Source: Felis catus (taxonomy: Eukaryota). Taken from it: a stretch of 64,000 bases of DNA. The DNA lies in the NCBI RefSeq assembly GCF_018350175.1, contig NC_058368.1, forward strand, positions 179,492,001 to 179,556,000, written 5' to 3'. The notes beneath the pieces were generated by a model that saw nothing but the letters and a program-made list of their open reading frames with translations, was not told where the DNA came from and made no database searches. This document shows positions 40,606 through 51,996 of the stretch, one piece after another. Every line of letters begins with the position of its first letter. The stretch's first letter is position 1. The translations under genes and the position numbers were made by a program.

Positions 40606-41209
40606 TCAGGGCTCATTTAGACTTTGCCAGTATGAGCAGACTTCAAGGAAGTCTGGGCAATGTTTCCTACAGTTCCTGCCCTCTCCCTCCAAACAAACAA
40701 ACAAAATCATTCCTACAAGTATTTATGGAGCCTCTAACACACGCGCCCCTCCCCACCAGCATCTGGAAAAGCTCAGACCTGGCCAATTTAGAGCGCTATG
40801 GAAGAATGAAGGCTCTGGGGGCTGAAGGGATGCCTCACATGCGAATGACTGTTTTGCAAAAAAACACTTTCTCTTCTTTGATGCTCGAAACATCCCAGTG
40901 AGGTGTGCCCAGACAGAGCTGTGGCCCCTTGCTTTGAGGAAACCAAGGCTCAGAGCTGATGTGATTGGCCCAGAGTCATCCAGTCAGGAAGCAGAAGCTA
41001 TGAACAGGCATTGTCAATCCAGGGGTCCAAGTCCCTGCCATCACTACTTTGAGCAGCACAGCTGGCACTGGGTCTAGGCAGAGCAGGACATGTCTCCGAG
41101 TAGGGGTTGACAGCAGCGACCTAAACAACACGGACAACCATTTTATGTGACACATGTGACTGTGAAGTGTGTTAGTATCAATACAATAGGTCCTTTAGGA
41201 AGAACTTGG

Positions 41210-41283
41210 GGATCTTTGCCAAGATGAGGTAGGATCTTTGCCAAGGTGAGGTAGGATCTTTGAGGATCTTTGTAGATGAGGTA
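41210..41283 (+). repeat. Short 22-bp-period tandem repeat (GGATCTTTGCCAAG(A/G)TGAGGTA) with truncated copies
   Basis: GGATCTTTG core at 41210, 41232, 41254, 41264. Confidence 0.9.
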
Positions 41284-41654
41284 AGGACGAAGCTCCTATC
41301 GGCTGTGATGTAAAATATGAGTGAATGTGAGTGCTGCGGTTTGGGGTACCTAGCAGCTGTGTGGCCTTGGGCAAGTCACTTGACTTCTCTGAACTTTATT
41401 TCATCTATAAAACACGGTACTCAGATGCCCCCTTGCGGGACGCTGTTGGAATGGAAGGAAGGACTAGGAGCAGAGTGCCTAGCTCAGTGCCAGAATAAAG
41501 AAAAAGTGCCACCAGCGAGAACAATCCTTAGCTCCTTAAAAGTTAATGGATCTCAATTCTGGGGCCCTCCTGGCGAAGCCCCTTTCCTTCCCTCATCTCC
41601 TGCCTCCTCCCCTCCACGCTCTCAGTTGCTCCAGCAAAGTTCCCAACTTAGTCG

Positions 41655-41752
41655 ACATGACGCGCGGCTCAGCCAATGGGAGGCGGAGCTGGCGGTTTTG
41701 GGGGGGCGGGAGGGGTGGGCCCCGCGTCTCCGGTGTCTGCCCTGCTCAGTGA
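41655..41752 (+). promoter_or_regulatory. SLIT3: TATA-less core promoter: CRE half-site (TGACG 41658), NF-Y CCAAT box (AGCCAATGGG 41671-41680), Sp/KLF GC box (GGGGCGGGA 41703-41711), Inr-like TCAGT (41746-41750)
   Basis: Motifs read directly; CCAAT lies 75 bp and GC box about 45 bp upstream of the Inr-like A at 41748, typical spacing. TSS position is an inference. Confidence 0.65.
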
Positions 41753-41954
41753 ATGGAGAGAGCGAGCGCCGGCCAGCTCACCCGGCTGCCCCGTGCCCCA
41801 GCCGCCGCCGCCGCGCTCCCGAGCTCAGACTCAAGCCGGACCTCCCCAGGCGCCGTGCCCCAGTGCGCTCGTCCTCAGGTCCCCGACCCGGCCCACGCAC
41901 TGGGCTGCGGGCCACCGGGGCCAGGAGGCGCTCGGCACCTGGGCACTCCGAGCG

Positions 41955-42059
41955 ATGCGCAGCGGGGCAGCGCCGGCCCCGCGGATGGAGCTGCTGCTGC
42001 CGCCGCCGCCGCCGCCGCCGCCCGGCGCGCCCCGCTCCGCCCGCGCCCCGTGCGCCTGA
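41955..42059 (+). other. Upstream ORF in predicted SLIT3 5' UTR (34 aa from ATG 41955; 24 aa from in-frame ATG 41985)
   Basis: [34 protein letters not shown]; out of frame with the main CDS, stops 137 nt before the main ATG. Translation not shown. Confidence 0.55.
41990..42022 (+). repeat. (GCT)3(GCC)8 trinucleotide repeat in 5' UTR
   Basis: Read directly from sequence. Confidence 0.95.
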
Positions 42060-42196
42060 GCGCCGAGCTCGCTCCTCCTCCGCGCCAACTCCGCCGCCGG
42101 CTCCCCAGGCCGCTCGGGCTCCGCGCGCGCTTCCCCAGGCTCCACGCGTCTTGCCCCGCCGAGGCAGCCTCCTCCAGGCGCGGGCCCCTGCACACC

Positions 42197-42393
42197 ATGG
42201 CCACCGGGCGGACAGGGGCCGGCGCCGCCGTGCGCGCCCGCCTGGCGCTGGCCTTTGCGCTGGCGAGCGTCCTGAGCGGGCCCCCAGCCGCCGCCTGCCC
42301 CACCAAGTGTACCTGCTCCGCCGCCAGCGTGGACTGCCACGGGCTGGGCCTCCGGGCGGTTCCCCGGGGCATACCCCGCAACGCCGAGCGCCT
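42197..42393 (+). CDS. SLIT3: Slit guidance ligand 3, coding exon 1 (signal peptide + N-terminal LRRNT cap); 197 bp, followed by a phase-2 intron
   Basis: Translates to [65 protein letters not shown](L), matching the recalled mammalian SLIT3 N-terminus; strong Kozak context (cacaccATGg); ends at consensus donor CT|GTGAGT at 42393/42394. Confidence 0.96.
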
Positions 42394-45300
42394 GTGAGTA
42401 CCTCCGCCCCGCCCAACCCGGGCCACCCACCTGGGTCCATAGTGGGGCCCCAGGCACCAGATCTTTCCTTTCCCTTTGGCCGCACTGGATGCAGTCTCTG
42501 CTGTCACCCTCTCCTGGGTCGGATCTTTCCTTCTCTGAGTTGGGGTCTCTGGCGTTGGGCACGTCTAGAGAGAGGTCTTGAAGCCCATCGGGATGGGCAA
42601 AGAGCAGTGCTTCTCTAGGGGTGAAGGCTCCAGACGTAGGGCCCGGTGACAGCTTCCAGCAGAACGCTGGCAGGAAGCGAAGGGAGTAGACAACACTGCA
42701 GCCAGCGAGGTCTTAGGGTGAGAGCATGGGGTCTGCGCTCATGAAAGAAGGGAGGCGAAGGAGAAAGCTGAAGGGTGATGGGGCGTCAGGGCACGGAGAG
42801 GGGAGAGGGCCGAGACTGTGACCAGCTTGGAGATCAGAATGGGCCACTTTCCGGCTGCCCTTGCGAGCGAAGTTGGGTGTGTGTGTGAAGGTCTAACTTC
42901 TGAGGAACCAAACGAATTCAGAGTGGGTGCTTGCAAAACCCGCCCTGCCTGGAGTGCAGTCTCAGAGATGCCAAGTTGCAGCCCGGGTGAATTTTTTATG
43001 GCTCGGTTATAAATGCCTCCCCAAACGGGCCGGAGAATGGAAATGCTGACAGCCCTTTAAATGAGACCGAGCGCTATAATCTTACAAACCGCACTCAGCC
43101 TCGGATCCAGGGTTTGGCAGCGAGAGGAGAGGCGTTTGGAGAGTGGGGTGGATTGACCCTCGTTTTAACCCCAATTGTGCAACCAAATATTTACTTTTCA
43201 TATGTCAACGTTTTGGAAACATTTATCATTTTGATCCTCGGACCAAACTCAAAACTTGGACTCCGAGGGTGGGCTCTTCCCAGCCCGCAGTTGGGGAGTA
43301 CGGAAGGAGGGAGAAATGGTGGAGGGGGTTGGAACCGGCCTGGGAACACAGCCCAGAAGTGGGTGAGGGTTTGCTCCAGTGTAATAGACTTCTCCACGTC
43401 TTGCTCTCCTTGTGTCTCCCTTCCCCACGTGTCTTAGGGGTAGGTGCGTGGGTATTCCGTTCTGCCTTCTTGACTTTAGGCTGGCAGAGAGAGAGTGGCA
43501 TGAGACTAAGTGGATTGTCCTGGAGTGTGTTATTCCTGTTGATCACGTCCTGTCACCCCACTCTCTTCCTCAAACTCTATGTGTCCCTGGGCAGAATCTC
43601 AAAGGTACTACCTACCTTTTCCCTGGAGCTTTCCTGTGGCTCAAAACATCTTTTTTTCAAGTGCATGGATTATTCTGTGTGGTCATGAAATTCTAGAGGG
43701 TTGGAGCTGAACCTTCGTTAACACATGTAGAAAAGGTTCAGAAATGTGAAACAACTTGCCCAAGGTAATACAAGTTAATGGCAATAAAGGGGCCACAATC
43801 TAGGTTTCCACAGCTTAATTCAGACATTATAGTTTACCATACCAGTTACAATTTTGTTTTAGTGGTATTTTGGAGTAGCTAACACTGTGCTAGCCATCTT
43901 TGGAACAAGGGTCAGTGTGGGCCAAAGTCTGTAAACAGACAGTCTTGGGAGGGTTCTGGCTGGGCTTGGGTCTTCGAATAGGGTGCTCTTGCTACTGTTT
44001 CAGGTATACCCTGCAAACATTCAGTTTGCTTTGCCATTAGCTCTCCTGTTGGGAGTTTTGAGACTCCCTCTCCTCCATTGTAAAAAAACATGGTGCATAG
44101 TTGGGAAGCCAGGGGGAGTGAGCCCTTCTCCTGCTGTCATGGAGGAAGTCTTCAAAAGCTGCAAGCACAGCACAGCAGCCAATATGCCACCCACCTACCT
44201 TCCCCAAGAGACCCAGGCAGCTTGGGGCTGTCCATCTGCTCTACAACTGGAGAAACTGGGTGGAGACTGAGTCCTGGGCGTTCATATGGGGCCCTGCTTC
44301 AGTCACGGTCATTCGCAGACCTTGGCAGAGTGGGCTGTACTTTGGAATAGTCTCCGGTCACTGTTGCCTCTTCGGCTGGGGTGCATTGGGTGACGCAGCT
44401 ACCCAGTCTAGCTCCTCATTCTGTTCTCCTTCCTCCCTGGGAGAGGGGGCAGCCTTTAGAAGAAAGCTGGGCAAGGAGTGCTGCGGGGCTAGGAGCAGCC
44501 GACCAACAGTCCTTCACCACCTCTCACCCTCTTTTGGTCAGCCCAGCTGTAACATTTGAATTCTGCAAACTCTCGGGTCCAGTGTGTGTGTGTGTGTGGG
44601 GGGGGGGGGTGATGTTTGGCATTTCAAAGCTATGGAAAGGATTTCTTTAGGGAGGAATTTCTCATTCATCCCTCTCTTCATTCATTCAACAAACATTACT
44701 TGAACCCCTACTGCATTCCAGTAACTGTATATAAAATCATTGCATATACAGAAGAAAACTGGCAATTCAGCTTAAGGAATGTAAGCAAAGGACCGAGCAA
44801 AGGGAACTTCCTTTAGTGAGTCTTCTAAACTTTCCAGGACTCATTTCTTCATGGGGCATATGTTTTGTCAGCATCAGCATCATATGCTTGGGACCTTCCT
44901 AAAATCCAGTTTTCTGATCTCAATTGTTTCTGTTCTGTTTTATAACAAAGAAGAAGCATTTCTGCCTTCTGCATTCCTGCTACTTTACCTCCCAGAGAGG
45001 CTTTCCTGAGGAGTGTGTGTGGTTGGTTTTCTGGGGGTTTTTGAGTTCTGAGGCCTCATTTGCTCATGCTACCCCTTAAGGAAAATCTGCCGGGGGATAA
45101 TGTGGTCACCATTTGGACTTTGCTTCAGGCCTGAAATGGGGTCTGTTATATTGTTCATAATTAAGCTGGTATCAGAGTTGGGGGGGGGGTCTGTGTTCCA
45201 GCTTCTTCTCCATAATGTCAGCACATTGCACAGAAAGAGAAACTCTATGTCGTTTATAAACTACCGACAATCTTTTTCCCTCAATGAGGAGGTGACACCC

Positions 45301-46711
45301 ACAAGAAAGCTAAATAAACGCAGGGGAGAATTCAGCGTAATTTATTATCCGTGCAGCAAAGATAGAGGACAAGAGGAGAGGAAGTGAATGGTGGTGCCTG
45401 AAACAAAACATTTACCATGGAGCACAGAGTAAACAGATGTCGCATTTACCCCTCTGAGTACAAAAGGAGCCCACAGATGTAATTCTTCTCCAACCACAAT
45501 CTCAGCCTGGAAGAAGAGGAGACAGATGAAAATGAACTCTCACGAGGGGCCCCTTCTCTCTGTGCTGCCTAAAGGCAGGCAGAGGCCTACTTCTCACCCA
45601 CGGCGAGGTGGTGGCCCAAACAGCAGAGTGGGGCAAGAGTGGACATCTTTGGTTTTTCACTTGGCTCCGGAACATGCTGGAGACTGCTGTATTTAAATAA
45701 ACATTTCCTGTTTGCGAAGGAAAACGGGCGAAAGGCTGAAACGTGAGAATGTGGTAACTTAATTTTCTCCATCACTCCAGATGATGGCAAGCTTCGCCGG
45801 TGGTTGCGTCCAATAAAAACCAACACCGTGTCACAGGCTTTCCCTCACTTGACCACAGAGGTCTCCAGGTCAAGTGGGAGGCTTTCCAAGATGCTCTGTG
45901 GCCAGGCCCTGCATCCTGGTATTCCTAGCCTCAGGGCCAGCCCAGAGGACTAGGGGCAGTTTGGTGAATCCTGGGGCCTCTCTGAGCACAGTGCACTCCT
46001 GGTGAACCTGTGGGTTGGACACGAGCAGTTAAGTGCACCTGCCTCCAGTGTACTGTGCAGCTGAACAGATTGCTCTACCTTTCGGGGCTTATTTTCCTGA
46101 AAACAGAATTCTCGTGTAGTCCTAATAGTTTTCCTTGTATGGGCCTCTTCCCCTGTGCCTAGAACAGTGCCTGGCACATAGTAGTTTTTCAACCAGTATG
46201 TGTTGACTAAATGAATACATCTCAAAAATACAAGTTTTTCTTTAGTTCTTGCACGTGAAAGATGGGCAATTAGAGCTTTGCATTTTTTATGTATGGCCAA
46301 GGGCAACTTACTAGTAACCTATTACATGAGTTATTAAGGGTTCCTGAAATTTAGCTTTCATGGACTAAAATTATTGCCTTACTAGAGTTAGCAAGGACTC
46401 CTAATGAGTGACACAACTCTGGAGTCTGGTTGCCAGGCATTGCTTAGCAACCTTGCAAAACTCCTACTGTGCACATGCCCCTGAGAAGAGCTAGAAATCC
46501 CGAACACTTAAACTGTAGGCCTTTCTAATCAGGAACTCATCAGCATCATCCTGCGCTCTCTGTGGTTTTTGATTGCTGCTCTTCTTGTATTAATTGACGT
46601 ATTTGTAGGATCATTATTAAGTTTTGCTTTTGCGGATCATCTGGGTCTTGTATATTTCTGCATTTTTTTGCATTTTAACAGTTATTTTGTTTCTCTCCGG
46701 TTCTGTTTGTT

Positions 46712-46885
46712 GTCACTGAGTTCGTCCTCCCCTGGAAAGTGAGAATGGTAGGTCTGAGAGCCATGGAGTCTTTTCCACCGACTAAGTGGACTACATGGGT
46801 CACTGAGTTCGTCCTCCCCTGGAAAGTGAGAATGGTAGGTCTGAGAGCCATGGAGTCTTTTCCACCGACTAAGTGGACTACATGG
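46712..46885 (+). repeat. Perfect 87-bp tandem duplication
   Basis: 46712-46798 identical to 46799-46885. Confidence 0.97.
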
Positions 46886-48469
46886 GCCGTGGCAAGGTTT
46901 CAGAACCCTGTGCCTATTAGTTCAGGGTGTCGGCTCTGGAGGCAGAAGGCTCTGGTTTGAATTCTGGCTCTGTTACATCTTTGCTGTTGCACCCTGGGTG
47001 GGTTACTCCACTTCTCTGGGCTGCAGTCTGTTTACTCCCTTTGTACTGTATTTCCACAGCTGTACTACAGGGATGACGATCGCTCTGGCCCCCTGTGTGC
47101 ATGTTGTGAATGTGGCCCGAGACGTCACATCATACACTCAGCACAGTGTTTGGCACTTCGATTCTCCAGCTACCTCTCCTTACTTGGAAAGTATGCATAG
47201 TAAATGTTCCTCTTGGGGAATCAAATGAAATAATGGACAGGAAGTGCTTAACACAGTACCTAGCACTTAGGCCTCCATCAGCCATTAATGGTAGTGACCA
47301 TGGCCATTATTTCTATGGCTTCATCTCAGGCCCCATCCAGCTGGAAAGCTTGAGATCCCACTCTAAATGTACCCCATGGAGGCAAGGTCTTCGCCAGCAC
47401 GTAGGCTGTGCCCAGCACGCTCGTGCCTGGTCCCCCTCCCCCTTCCTCTCCAGTTAAGCCCAGGTTGGCCTCCGTTCCATAAAAAGGGATTACAGTTGAA
47501 GTGGTTTATATCTTTTCCATGGGCGTGCTGCTTTGTGGTATATTTAAATAAGGAATGCATTTTATTTATTTATTTTGGGGGGTTAGATTTTCATGGGCAA
47601 TTTTTGGCCCTGACTTTTTTTTTCAGTGCTCATTCCTTCTTGCTTTCCCTAAATACCTTTTACTGACTTCCCATGTCTGCCTCTGTTACTGCTTTTACTT
47701 GAAACAGCTGTATTTACTAGTATGCTCCACCCTCATTATGTAAGGTGGTGTTAACCCTTTTTAGAACTGTTGAAAAGGAAACAAAACAAAACAAGTCATG
47801 GGAGGCTTTTCCAGAAAGCTGTTGTGGACCATCACTAATTCCAGATAGGATAGATGCAAAGGGTGCCCGGCTATGGTGCATGGTGTTGAGTTTTCAAAGC
47901 TCTTCATTATTTGTCATTCTCCAGCCTTAAATTTAAATCAGTCTTGCCCAGGTAGGAAGAGCTCACAGTGGGAATCTTCTGCTTCTCTGTTCTGCAGGCC
48001 TGGATTATGTTTTGTAAGTAGTGCTATTGCTGGTCTGCCAAAGGCTGTACTTTCTTCCCACTCACTGTGGTCTTCATAGTTCTGTCGCCAGCACTATATT
48101 TGATACACCATTCTCTGGGAAAAATTCCTCAAGAGTGTGTGATTAAAAGTCCTCAATAGTGAGGGGAGAGGGAGGTGAGAAAAGTAAGGATCTTTAGGTA
48201 AAGGTATAGACTTTAGAGCCAGATAGGGTCCGCTCCTGGTTTCTCCATTTACCAGCTGGGTGACCTCAGTTTTCTCATTTGTAGAATGGGAATAATAAAA
48301 ATACCGCCCCCCCCCCCCGCCTTCATAGGGTGCTATGAGTACTGAATTTACTCGCATAGACTGCCTAGATCATAGTGCAGCCTTCATAAGTGTGGCTGTT
48401 ATTGTTATCATCATAATTCTTACCAACTATAGTCCTTCCAGAGCTCCAGATAAAGCCTGATTTGAAACA

Positions 48470-49500
48470 ATACAGATTGTTAGGGTTGAAAGGGCTCCTC
48501 TAGTCCAAGTTCACAGGCAGCTTGATCTTCCACCAGCGTAATTTTGGAGAGAGCGGCCATTCTCCTTTGCTTGGTTACATCTAGTGGTGAAGAACTCAGT
48601 TCTTTCTAAAGCAATTAATTCCATTTTAGAAAACAGTTTTAACCTGAAAATTTTCTTTGCCTGGGGGTTGAGCTTATCTCCCACTGACTGTTGTTACACA
48701 GAGCAAGTATAATCCTTCTTCCAAATGGTAGGATTTCAAAAATTTTATTGCCGTTGTGTTTCTCACTACCCACTTATCTAAGTCTTCTCCTCTCTTCCAT
48801 ACATTTTTATAATTACCTCAGCGGCTCTGTATGTGTTAGACTTTGAGACAGGCCCCCTCCCCATTCCCAGTTGTCTTCCTCTAAATACGTTTCACTGTTC
48901 TTTGCTCGTATTAGTTTGAGTCCTTCCACTGCCTTGCTACCTTGACTTCTGTTGACATCCTAAAGGAACATTGTCAGTTTAGACAGGCACACCCCTAGGT
49001 TGGCTCATTTCTACCAGGCTATTCCCTGCCTCCCCCATGTCTTCCAGCCTTCCCTGCTGTTGATCCTATTTTCCCCATCCCAGATTTGTGCAGTTGGCTT
49101 TTTGGAGTCTAAGCACAACACTTTGCATTATCCTAATTAAATTTTGGCAAATAGTTTAATTTCATCAGCTTTTCAGCAACATTTTCTATTTTGATTCTCC
49201 CATCTAGTGTGTTGTGACTCCTCCCCCCACTCCCTCTGCAGTGAGGAGCTTGCCCTGTGGATCTTTATCCAGGTTGTCAATATAATCAGCACAGTCTTCT
49301 CTGCTCTCTTGAAGTCTTTCTATGGCCGGGATGTGGATCATGTAAATATATTGTCCGGTTCTTTCTGGCTGGGAAATTTTGAGGTCTTATTGGCCTGTAG
49401 CATCTTCTTTCCCTGGGGTTCTGTTGTTCACATTTTCTCTGGAATGATTTCCTATTAATGCTTAATTCCTATGTTTGTTGAGTATTTTCTAAACTATTGG
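48470..49500 (-). mobile_element. CR1/L3 LINE remnant
   Basis: Degenerate similarity to recalled L3 3' end and ORF2 (antisense). Confidence 0.5.
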
Positions 49501-49586
49501 TTTCTCATAGCACTTTCCATTGTGATTTTAGCTTCATCCTTGTTCTAGTAGTCTGATGCCAGAAGCCCTACCAGCATAGGATGTGG

Positions 49587-49587
49587 C

Positions 49588-49635
<48 letters not shown>
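49587..49635 (+). repeat. (TG)n microsatellite
   Basis: Direct read. Confidence 0.95.
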
Positions 49636-49639
<4 letters not shown>

Positions 49640-50453
49640 CTCTCCTGTAAAGCATTGTAGCCTGAGAAATGGGGCTCTTCTGTCAGTGGCAGAGCTGAGC
49701 TGAGAAGCCTCACTCTTGTAAAGTGATTTCCTTTAGCATCTTGGGTGCCCATTGGCACAGAGCACGTTTGCTTGAGTAGTGCTGAGAATGAATGTGTTGG
49801 AGGATGAAGCATAGAGGTGCACATGCTTTCCCCAAATTGCTAAACAATAATAATGATAATGACAATGACAATCACTGCCACCGCACCAGCTGCTGTTTAT
49901 TGAGCCCCTCTTTGTGCCTGGCACAGCTCTCCCACTTTACACACTTGCTCTCACTTAATCTAACAGTCATGCAAAGCAGAAGCTCATCCTGTCCTCATTT
50001 TACAAATAAGGAAACTAAGAGAGGCAAAGTGACTTCCCCAGGTTGGAGCAGTAGAGTCAGAGCTCATTCACGCAGGCTGGTCTCAGCTCCGTGCCCTACC
50101 CGCTGATCATGCCAGTCTTCAGCAAGCCTTTGAAGTCGGCCCCCTTTCTTGTCTTCCAAACCCAATTCTCAAGTAAGAAGAAGGAAAGAAGGAGGAAAAA
50201 AGTGAGTCCCAGTTGAAACAGGGAGCACCTGTTCGAAGCAAGGCACCCCTGAGAGGAATGGCAGTGCTGTGTTCTGGACCGCTGGTGTCATGGCCGTCAT
50301 GTCCAGTTTGGGGAAGTAGGCGGCATTCGAATTGGAGCTTGAAGGATGAATAGTGTTCCCGGAGGTATTAATGGAAACATGGTAGAGATTTGCAGAAGTT
50401 CATCGTTACCTGGAACGAAAGAGAGCCTGCACCCATTTTAAAATGATAGGAGC

Positions 50454-50624
50454 AAAGGGGGGGGTCTGGGTGTCTCAGTCAGTTAAGCGTCCGACTTCAG
50501 CTCAGGTCATGATCTTGCAGTCTGTGGGTTCAAGCCCTGTGTTGGGCTCTGTGCTGACAGTCCAGAGCCTGGAGCTTGCTTCGGATTCTGTGTCTCCCTC
50601 TCTCTCTGCCCCTCCCCTGCATGT

Positions 50625-50661
<37 letters not shown>

Positions 50662-50682
50662 TAAGTAAGTAAATAAATGAAG
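50454..50682 (+). mobile_element. Felid CAN-SINE (intronic)
   Basis: Full body with (CT)n; perfect 16-bp TSD TTAAAATGATAGGAGC (50438-50453, 50683-50698). Confidence 0.96.
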
Positions 50683-51996
50683 TTAAAATGATAGGAGCTA
50701 TACTTGAGGAAGTTTCATCTAACAAGGGTGTTTAGAGATGGTCAGGTCTTAGGAAAAGTATCACTGTGGTTATGTGGCTAATTATTATTTTTATTTTGGA
50801 TTTTAGGGGATAAACCCTCCAAGAAGGGTCCTGATGAGGCTTCTTGACCAGTATTCTTCCCCCACAAGGATCTGTTTAAATTTTTGTAGGGACTGCCTTT
50901 CTCTCCAGTTAGAGGTACCACTTGCCTTCTCTCAGCCATGATCTCTGGGCTCCCCCACCCTGAGATCAGGTCCTGATAGAACAGGACAAGTATAAGATGC
51001 ATCCTGGCTGGAGTGAAGATGACTTCACTCTTCACAACCTTATCACTGCTTGTGTGGCCTCAGACTCCTCTTGTCCGAAACACCAGTCTGGGTTCTCGAC
51101 CCCTGATTCATTCTGCACTTTGGCAGTACTGTGAATTGTGGTTCCTGAAAGTCAGCCAGCACATTTAACCACCCACCTTGACTCCCTCTTGAGTTTTTCG
51201 GCCTCCCTAGTTCCTGTCTGCTACCTGGCATACCCACTCCTTGCTCCCCTGTACTCCAGAATTATTAGTGTATGCCTTGACTCTGGCTGTGGAGTTCATG
51301 GTCCTCTTCTGACTTGAGTTGTGTGTGGGCTTAACCATGGACCTGTGTATTTTCTGCATCTCTCCTTGAGCTTGAGCTGCTCCTGGCCCTTGCCTTGACC
51401 CTTCCTGCTTGGCTTCTTGCCTCCTCACCTTCCCCTGCCTTCCATGTAGCACTCCATAGCCTTGGCGCTGAATTCAGACATTCATTCTCTAAGCCTCAGG
51501 TCCTGAGATTGGATTGCAGGAGCATCTTTGTGGCCTGGACCTTCCTTGGAGACTGGAGACTCGAGACTCCAACTTGTGCTTATGTCCTGGAAACAACCTC
51601 AGACTTCATCTTCATGGCCACCTGAAAAGCCTTTTATGATGTCTAGCGTGAAATGTAGAGATGAAATATAGAGATGTTCCAGGGCTGGACTCTGTGAATG
51701 ATAAATTGCTTGCAACATGCTCCCAAGTTATCTGCAACCCAAATAGAGGGTAGAGCATGCTTTTCTGTATTGAAAAGCCCAGCAATGGTGATTTCATTGA
51801 AGAGATGTCCTGTTCATAAATGTGTTGCAGAAGTTTCTGGACTATCTAGTACTTTGCTGATATTCTTTCTTCTCTGCATCTCTGCCCAGCCCTAGAATGT
51901 AGATAGAGAAGTGTTTTATATATGGGGTTTCTAACTGGTATTAATGTGAAACCAGTAGGGAGTCCAATTTGATATAACTTAAAATGAGTAAAAAGA

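Larger units (their letters stand above)
41640..43150. promoter_or_regulatory. SLIT3: CpG island spanning SLIT3 promoter, 5' UTR, exon 1 and start of intron 1
   Basis: Very high GC and undepleted CpG (core ~41650-42500), in contrast with CpG-poor flanks; edges approximate. Confidence 0.92.

Noticed and set aside
40328..40901. His/Thr- and Cys/Val-rich ORFs
   Set aside because: Translations of a degenerate TG/CA microsatellite.
41317..42618. 433-aa + strand ORF and three 210-243-aa antisense ORFs over the CpG island
   Set aside because: Arg/Pro/Ala/Gly-rich low-complexity translations expected from stop-poor GC-rich DNA; the 433-aa ORF starts in a MIR remnant, crosses the promoter and ignores the splice donor.
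46721..46738. Possible 18-nt frame-preserving micro-exon (pyrimidine tract, GAG acceptor, GTGAGA donor) in the duplicated unit
   Set aside because: Weak GAG acceptor, would interrupt an LRR, and nothing in the sequence distinguishes it from chance splice-like sites.
46712..46885. Direct repeats as CRISPR-like array
   Set aside because: Mammalian DNA; two contiguous copies with no spacers.
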